A stretch of 64,000 nucleotides of DNA from Paraspadella gotoi. Its lineage: Eukaryota; Animalia; Chaetognatha. Numbering within the stretch: the stretch's first letter is position 1; each line of letters starts with the position of its first letter. The stretch covers positions 1,425,576-1,489,575 of the forward strand of contig JBJCIZ010000028.1 of NCBI GenBank assembly GCA_051294375.1, written 5' to 3'. Position numbers and translations under genes: made by a program. The notes under the pieces were generated by a model. That model had not been told where the DNA came from. It made no database searches and saw nothing but the letters and a program-made list of their open reading frames with translations. Shown here piece by piece: positions 56,134 to 64,000 of this stretch.

Positions 56134-59100
56134 ATGCCGGAAGCGGAAGACAGCGCCGCTGCAGCAGCAGCAGCCGAGCCAGAAGCGCCGAAGCCGCCCA
56201 AGGACGCCGCGCGGAATCTCCCGTGGGTGGAGAAGTATCGCCCCAAGAAATTGGAGGATCTCATCTCGCACGCCGACATCTTGGGTGAGAGAGTATGTAC
56301 GAATAAAAGAATGAACGAATTAATGAATTGAATATAACCACCAAAGCCTGTCCAAAGTCAGGGGCAAGATAGCTTATTTATTAAATGAATGGATAATTTT
56401 TATATTGGTTGTACCAATTTCATAAATGAAGGAGAAGAGATAGTGAGCTACATTACAATTGTCATTTTCACTATAACACTAACCTTCACATAAAATTATG
56501 AATATTGTTTACAACTTGTAAAATCTCAACTTTCTCCTGACCGACCCACCAAATTATAAAGGAACGATCGGAAAGTACATGAGCGAAGACCGTCTGCCTC
56601 ACCTTCTCTTCTACGGCCCGCCTGGCACGGGCAAGACCTCCACCATCCTCGCCTGCGCCAAGCGTCTCTACAGCCCCAAAGAATTCTCCTCGATGGTGTT
56701 GGAGCTGAACGCCTCCGACGACCGGGGCATCGGGATCGTTCGAGGTCCCATCTTGAACTTTGCTTCCACGAGGACAATTTTTAATAGAGGCGAGTGTGCG
56801 AAGGACTCTGGGCACAGAGCTGTGGGAACGGGGCAATGGTCACAGGCCTGTGGATAGAGGGCTGTGGCTACAGAGCTGTGGGCTGTTTTACTTTTGATTC
56901 TATTATCAAGCCTAGTCTGCGTCGATACGGAATTACATTAAATTCAATATGCAATTTAGTTATAATTCAATTCAATTCAATAATTCAATTCAAACAATAT
57001 GCAAATTAGTTATGCACGATGGTGGCGGTAAAACGTTATGTAAATTGTATGGCGAACGCTAATTGTCAAGTTAGTATTGTACATAATTATAATTAATCCA
57101 CCATGTCACTACATTAACCAAGTACGAAACGATGATTGAAATTACAGTGATCAATCTTTTCAGTGCCAATTTACGAAGAAAAGGGTTAATGCGTTACATC
57201 ATTATGTTTATTATAAATATTAAATTCTAACTACATTAAGGATTCAAACTGGAAAAAGGTTAATGCGTTACATCATTATGTTTATTATAAATATTAAATT
57301 CTAACTACATTAAGGATTCAAACTGGAAAAAGGTTAATGCGTTACATCATTATGTTTATTATAAATATTAAATTCTAACTACATCAAGGATTCAAACTGG
57401 AAAAAGGTTAATGCGTTACATCATTATGTTTATTATAAATATTAAATTCTAACTACATCAAGGATTCAAACTGGTCATCCTTGACGAAGCGGACGCGATG
57501 ACGACCGACGCCCAAAACGCCCTTCGTCGAATCATCGAGAAATACACGGAGAACACGAGGTTCTGTCTCATCTGCAATTATCTCTCCAAGATCATTCCTG
57601 CGCTGCAGTCCCGCTGCACGCGGTTCCGCTTCGCCCCGCTGACAAAGGATCAAATGCTGCCGCGGCTGCAGCACGTCATCGAGGAAGAGGGTGAGAGTTG
57701 TTATTCCACCTTTGGTCATTTAATCATGTCGTTCTATTGACAATTCCCCTCTCTTGTCATATCGTTATCAAATTTTTTTCATTCATATTTTGTCATTTAA
57801 CCATCGAACATTTTTTATCATGTCATATTAGTGTCATTTTGTCATCGTTTCTGTCATTTCTTTGTCATCCCCCCCCCACTCTAAGGATGCAACGTGCAAG
57901 AGGACGGACGGAAAGCGTTGCTGACTCTCGGCGCGGGAGACATGAGGAAAGTCTTGAACATCCTGCAGAGGTGAGTCGATGGACCACGACGATGATGATG
58001 ATGATGATGATGATGCGCAGTCAAGCCAATCAGCGTTTACCCTACGCATCTATTTGTGGAGAATTATAATCGGTGAGAAAAAAGATATTAAGAGAAAATG
58101 AAAGTTGAAAGGATTTTGACGTCGATCGAAACTCGTATCGATTTTATTTCGCGTCGACCTAAAAAGAAGGAGAAGCAAAATGTAATTTAACTTAATTAAT
58201 ACGTATAATCATTCCTGAATTCATTGATAATAATTAATAGCTATGAGATTAAACGAGTTTGAAGATTTTTCGACTCATTCTTGTCTCCCGCGATCTGCTT
58301 CGCCTCTCTGCCCTTCTCCTTCCCCTCTCTGCCCTTCCTTCCCCTCTCTGCCCTTCTCCTTCCCCCTTGCTCTCTCCGCCTCTTCTCCTTCCGCTCTTTG
58401 TCCTTCTTTTTTCCCTTCTCCTTTCCCTCTCTGTTCTTCTTCTTTCCTTTCTCCTTCCCCTCTCTTGCCCTTCTCCTTTCCTCCTTCTCCTTCCCCTCTC
58501 TGCCCTTCTTTCCTTTATCCTTCCCCTCTGCCCTTCTCCTGTCCCTTCTCTGCCCTTCTCCTTTCCCTCCCAGCACCCACATGGCCTACGACGGCCTCGT
58601 CACAGAGGACAACGTCTACACCTGCGCGGGTCAACCCCTTCGCTCTGACATCGAGTCGGTCGTCACTTGGATGCTCAACCTGGGATTCTCCGACGCCGTC
58701 GCCAAATTGGCTCATCTCAAGACAATCAAGGGTCTCGCGCTGCAGGATCTTCTCGCCCAGATTCATCTCTTCGTCCACAGGATCGATTTTCCGGGTCAGG
58801 AAAGGAAGAAAGAAAGAAAGTCGTGAGGACTGTTGGCTGCGGTAGGGGAGGATTTAGAAATGGGAGGAGGAGAACCTTTGGTTTAGTCGGGCTTATCGGA
58901 TTTTTGGGGGGTTTTCTCCTTTTCCTATTTGTGACAAAGTTTAATTTTTACTTTTTCTCTATATATATTCTTTTTTTTCCCCTTTCATTTCTTCCTTTCA
59001 TTTTTTCCTTTCCTTTCCTTTCCTTTCCTTTCCTTTCCTTTCCTTTCTCATTACACCCAAAGAAGCAAATGAACCAACTAACGATTACCCTCCTCTTCCC

Positions 59101-59359
59101 CTTCCTCTTCCTCGTCCTCTTCCCCTTCCTCGTTCTTTTCCTCGTCCTCTTCTCCTTTTGCTCTGCCCCTTCCTCGTCCTCTTCCCCCTCCTCTTCCTCT
59201 TCCTCGTCTCCAGTTCACATCAAAATCGGAATCCTGGAAAAGATGGCGGAGATCGAGTATCGATTGTCTGCAGGAACGAGCGAGAAGCTGCAGCTCAGTT
59301 CGCTCGTCGCTGCATTCCAAGTCGCCAGGGAGTTGACGCTGCAGGAAGACGCCGTCTGA
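56134..59359 (+). CDS. RFC5: Replication factor C small subunit (human RFC5 / yeast Rfc3 type)
   Basis: Exons 56134-56284, 56562-56789, 57463-57690, 57886-57970, 58574-58794, 59214-59359. [51 protein letters not shown] motif, and C-terminal [15 protein letters not shown]. Confidence 0.95.
56337..56424. repeat. Dispersed ~260 bp element, terminal fragment
   Basis: Matches 13288-13375. Confidence 0.8.
57179..57474 (+). repeat. 4 x 74 bp tandem repeat spanning the RFC5 exon 3 acceptor
   Basis: Acceptor AG ends at 57240, 57314, 57388 and 57462, an exact 74-nt period. Confidence 0.95.
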
Positions 59360-59938
59360 CTGTAGGGCCGTAGGCGGGACCAAACAAACTGCTCCCTTTA
59401 TTTCATGTTCGACAAATGTTTTTTCTGATTTCGTTACACTAACGTTTGTTATTGTTAAAATGTTGATATGTATTTTTTACGATCATCGCCATATATATAT
59501 ATTTTTTTTAGTTAATGAAGGATTTATTGATTATTTGAATCACAAATTGATTTGGTCTCAGCGAGAATCACAGACGGAACTCCGTTGCGAGTTTTCGACT
59601 CTAGATTATAGCGAGTCAAAAACTCGTTTTCCTGGAAGTCGTTAAACTTTATTTATTATATAATACTAGTAGGTATTATTGTTATAATCTTCTTAAGCGA
59701 GCGTCATTTTTAAGTCAAATTCAAATGAATTGGTTTTCTTAACCGTGATATATGCAAACTTCGTCTATTTAAACGTTAAATTAACCGATTTGAGGGGAAA
59801 AACGAATTTTTTTGACCGAAATTTTGTTTAAAAAAAAAGAAAATAGAATAGAAAATCAGCCGCGACAATGAGGACCTCTGCTTGTCACGCCGGTTTGGCC
59901 GCCACTTCCTCCGCCGCCGCCTCCACCGCCGCCCCACG

Positions 59939-60187
59939 ATGGTAGCCTCCACTCTACTCCCTCTTCTCATTTTCATTATTTTAATCGGTTTCTTTTACGT
60001 CCTTCACAAACTCACTTCGGGCGAAGGGGATGAGCTGGACTACTTCGGGTCCGCCGCCGCCGCCGTCGCTTCCAAGCGGTCGCAGAGCGAGGAAGATCTC
60101 CTCGAGGCCGAGTGGGAAGAGAGGAGGAGAAGAAGAGACGACGAGAGAAGGAGACAGGAATTGACCATCGCCGAGGAATACATTTGA
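59939..60187 (+). CDS. Putative 82-aa single-pass membrane microprotein
   Basis: ATG in strong context (CCACGATGG), exon-like GC content, hydrophobic LLPLLIFIILIGFFYVL, then a charged tail. No family recognised. Confidence 0.5.
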   Translation: MVASTLLPLLIFIILIGFFYVLHKLTSGEGDELDYFGSAAAAVASKRSQSEEDLLEAEWEERRRRRDDERRRQELTIAEEYI

Positions 60188-61081
60188 CGTACGGAGAAAG
60201 AGAAAGATCAGAGAGAGAAAGATAAGAGACAGAGTGCCGGAAAGGCGGTTTCCTTCTCGCCTTCTCGTCCCCTTCCTTCATGTGAGAATCCCTTCCTCGT
60301 TTCCTCTTGTCATCCCAGATGCTCTGATCATCTGCAGCATCGTGACTTTCCGTCGTCACCTTACCTCTCAGCTGCTTCGTTTCTCTTCATTACTTTTCTT
60401 TTCAACTTTTTCGTTTCGTCCTAGATTGTCATCAAAAAACTTCACATCCAAACTCTTTAACTACATAAATATTACCATGTATCGACTTTAAACCTTTCGC
60501 TTCTAAAAATATTTTCTCATTTCGATATTTTTCCTCATTCCCTCCCTCTATTCATCATTCACGACTTTCGCCTATATTTTCTCCAAAAGTCACGTAACAA
60601 ACTCACCATTTTTTTCCGCTTCTCGCCTTCGTCCGCTTCTTTCATCGATTCAATCGCTTCACTCAACCCAATCGCTTCTTTTATCGATTTTCCGTCGCTT
60701 TAACTAAACCTTTATTCGCGGAAAAAAAAAAAAAATTTCCCTTGAAACTGAGAACAAAAATAGTCAAATTTCGTTTCGTTTCTTTTTCGCTTCTTTTTTT
60801 TTTTTTTTCCTCTGTCTGCGATTGATCCCCCCTTTGCTTCATTCAATAACAGTTCACTCTACCATCTCACCCACTTCCTCTCAATAACTTTGCATCCCTC
60901 CACCCCTCCCCCCTCAATTCATCACCCCTCTCTCCCTTAATTTCCTCACATTCCCCCCCACCAAAAGTCATGTACCCACCTCCACTCGTCTCCCCGCGGA
61001 ATTCCTTTGCCGAAACTCGCGAATCTCCGGCGCCCCGATCGCCTCGCGTCGCCGTCGCCGTCCAAGCGGCGTGGGCGCGGG

Positions 61082-63577
61082 ATGGCGCGGTATCAGCGCC
61101 TCGGCGCCGCGCCGGGAGTCGGATGGAGATTCGCCGGACTCATGGCGCACATGCTGATCAACGGGCTGAGAAGGTGACGGGTTTATAAATTAACTTGCAT
61201 TAATATTTGATTTATTGAGAAAAATTTGGGGTAAGTTTTTAATTGTGTTTATTTTTAATTTAAAACCATTGTTTTTTTTTCCACAAATAAAATATAAACA
61301 ATGATTAAGTTTACGAAGGAGGTGTAATTATTATAAGTGACCAATTTTTGAATAGAATAAATATTTAATGAATTCGCTCTTCAGATTCTGGTACATCTGC
61401 AGCGCGGGAATCCTCTTCCTCTTCCTCCTCTATCTCCTCAACGGAGGACCCATCGTCATCGTCTTACTCATCTTCGCCTTTGCGGGTGAGACAGAGAGCG
61501 AGACAGAGATACGGAGAGAGTCAGAGCTAGAGACGGACAGACCGAGACGTGGTAGTAAGACTTTAAAGTTTATGACGGCTCTTTCACGTAAATAGAGAAA
61601 ACAAGAACCTATGTTTAGTATGTTTACAGTAACAGTTAACTTAATGGTATTAAAAATTTAAAAGTTTAAAAATTCTCTTGACTTGTGAATTTTTCGACGA
61701 GTCTTTTCTAACAACCATGTTAACAAATTCGCCTAATATACAATACGCAATATAGCCAAGATCCTCTGGAAAGTAAAAGCGTATGAGCGACAAATCGTGA
61801 TAAACCTCAACAAAACATTTCCTCCTAAAACCGAAGTTAAACCAAAACCTGTAAAATGCAAATGAGATTAAAAGGCCAATTTTTAAAAAAGGAGATATAT
61901 CTCAGGCATGCTCTACAACGCGGGCGACGCTCTCCTCTTCTATCCCGAATCCCCGCCGACGGCCCGCCTCTTCGTCGACTCCCCCGCCTCCTTCGGACTT
62001 CCCTTCGAGAACGCCTTCGTCCGCTCCGTCGACGGCGTCCGCCTCCATCTCGTCTTCGTCAAACAGCGCGACCTCCTCCTTCCTCTCTGCCCGACCGTCG
62101 TCTACTTCCACGGAAACGCGGGCAACGTCGGGCATCGTCTCGCCAACGTCGCCGCGCTGCATCGACGATTCGGGTGCAACGTCCTCTTGGTCGAGTATCG
62201 AGGATACGGGAAGAGCGAGGGACGGCCCGGGGAGACGGGATTCTACAGGTCAGCTCGTTTTTGTGATTATGTAATAAAATGGGTGATGGTAAAGGGGCAA
62301 CTCACCAGTGAGAAAGTGGTATTTATTGTACGATTGATTATCTATTGTTAGATGGCTTAGTTGCAAAGCAGTTGTTGTATGACTTGTTATAATCGAGTTC
62401 ATAATTTAACCTCTAACCAATGAATTACAGAAGTAAAAGAATGAGTAGCAGAGATCCTTTTGTCATAAATCAGGGACGCGCGGACGGCGATGGAATATCT
62501 GCGTCGGAGAGGAGACGTGGACAAACGACAGATCGTCGTCTTCGGGAGATCATTGGGCGGCGCCATGGCAACCTACTTGGCGTCAGATCCTAGGTGTGGG
62601 GGTGGTAGTAGTGTGTGTGTGAGAGACCAAGAGTGTGTCATTGTTAGTTTGATACAAATAATATTTCACTTAAATAAGGTGAATAAACGTGTAAGTAAAA
62701 TTTCTTTTGTTGATCTTTTTGTCGCTCTTTCTTTCTCTCTCTCTCTCTCTCTCTCTCTCCTTTTTCTCAAGCTACTCCGACTTGATCCGTTTCGCCGTGG
62801 TGGAGAACTCCTTCACCAACATCCCGGAAGTGGCTCGAGTCCTCTTCGACTTCAGCCCGATTCGTCTTCTTCCCGATTTCGTCTTCAAGAATCAATTTCC
62901 CAACGACGTCCACTCGAGGAAGATCCGAGTTCCCGTCCTCTTCCTCTCCGGATCCGATGACGCCCTCATTCCCTCTTGGATGATGAGGAAGCTGCACGAG
63001 GTTTGTATGATTGATTGATTGGTTTGTTGCCGCGTATTGTCACTACCCGTTGTCTATCATCACCTTAATATCGCAAAAAGAGTGACGGGCCGGTTGAACC
63101 ACCTTGAGCCAACGGCCGAATCCGAAGTTGAGAAAAACCAAACGACAGTCGAAAAAGTTTCACTAAGTGTGGGTGCTCTCCACGCTGTCAGCAGAGTGGC
63201 ATCTTATTTTATCCCCGTTATTTTATATCCATTTGCACTAAACAAACAGCCAAGATATCAATACCACTACCCACCCCCCCTCCTCTTCCCCCCAGATTTG
63301 CTCGAGTCCCTTCAAGAGATTCGTCTCCTTCGAATCCGGGGGCCACAACGACACTTGGCAAAGTCCCGGTTACTACGAAGCCTGGAACGACTTCGCCGGC
63401 GAAGTCGCTCAGTTCTACGCCAACCGCGAGTCCGCCGCCGCCGCTTCGCCCGCGTCGTCCGCCGCTCCCGACGCCGCCGCCGCCGCCGCAGCCACAACCT
63501 CCTCGGATCTCAAAGCGTCCGAGTCTTTCACTCTTTTGATGCCTCGACCCACGGACGACATTTTCGAACCTCATTGA
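61082..63577 (+). CDS. ABHD13: Alpha/beta hydrolase ABHD13 (Bem46 family)
   Basis: Exons 61082-61173, 61385-61485, 61906-62248, 62474-62593, 62772-63000, 63296-63577. N-terminal TM segment, FHGNAGNVGHR, EYRGYGKSEG, nucleophile GRSLGG, ENSFT, acid DDALIP and GGHNDT histidine. Confidence 0.92.
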
Positions 63578-63860
63578 TATATATGTGTCTCTCTCAATAA
63601 CAAACAAATGTAAACTATATATTTGTTTAAATATAATTGAACGATTATTTATTTCGCGAAGGATTTTTTTTTTTTACCAGTTTTCAATCTCCCCCTCTTT
63701 TTTTTGATAACTGTTATTCCACTGCTCGTTTTCTTTAGTTAAGCTTTTCTCCGCATCTCGCGCAGTTAAAGATACTAGATATAACGAAAAGGGCTCGACT
63801 AATATTACATCTGCAGTTCTATCTGCAGTTCTATCCGCAATTTCCCGTCTTTTCCAAGAA

Positions 63861-63961
63861 ATGGTTTCGGCGCAACCGACGATGACCGAAGCTTTAGAAA
63901 CTCACCTTCGATCGTTGATGGGGCAGATCGACGGACTGCACTGCATCATCATCACCGACCG
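63861..63961 (+). CDS. LAMTOR3: Ragulator subunit LAMTOR3/MP1, first coding exon (3'-partial)
   Basis: MVSAQPTMTEALETHLRSLMGQIDGLHCIIITDR followed by a GTGAG donor. Resembles the LAMTOR3 N-terminus (VEGLHAIVVSDR). This exon is not in the ORF track. Confidence 0.75.
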
Positions 63962-64000
63962 GTGAGGTTCGGGGGGGGGGTTGCTGCTGTTGTTTTTGTT

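Noticed and set aside
58241-58648. Phe/Pro/Ser-rich and Lys/Glu/Arg-rich ORFs
   Set aside because: Translations of a pyrimidine-rich low-complexity RFC5 intron.
60970-61188. ATG 60970 as the ABHD13 start
   Set aside because: It is out of frame with exon 61385-61485; ATG 61082 gives the continuous hydrolase frame.

Overview
Eukaryotic (invertebrate metazoan-type) genomic DNA with GC-rich exons, AT-rich spliceosomal introns and two N-gaps (19820-19829, 28185-28209). Exons joined by hand give ten recognisable genes plus one small ORF, all on the + strand: a KCBP/kinesin-C-like kinesin-14 (5' end outside the window), an ELMOD Arf-GAP, NDR/STK38 kinase, a sortilin-like Vps10p receptor, a divergent ribokinase, a CARD-NHL protein, CABIN1, RFC5, an 82-aa membrane microprotein, ABHD13, and exon 1 of LAMTOR3. 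Mobile DNA includes a gag-less Ty3/gypsy element in a sortilin intron, a ~3 kb Helentron-type (HINE) element in the ELMOD intron, tRNA-derived SINEs, a ~260 bp dispersed element, and a head-to-head pair of Penelope-type hammerhead ribozyme units, one split by an insertion. The most unusual signals are the hammerhead pair, tandem amplification of splice junctions (in RFC5 this creates three frame-preserving 18-nt candidate microexons), an exact 13-mer octamer motif oriented towards exons, many GC-AG and AAG splice sites, the CARD-NHL architecture, and complete co-orientation of the genes. Parts of the window (about 14870-14920, 18700-19140, 20700-29030) look indel-rich, so frameshifts there may be sequencing errors. 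All family assignments come from motif recognition; no database search was run.
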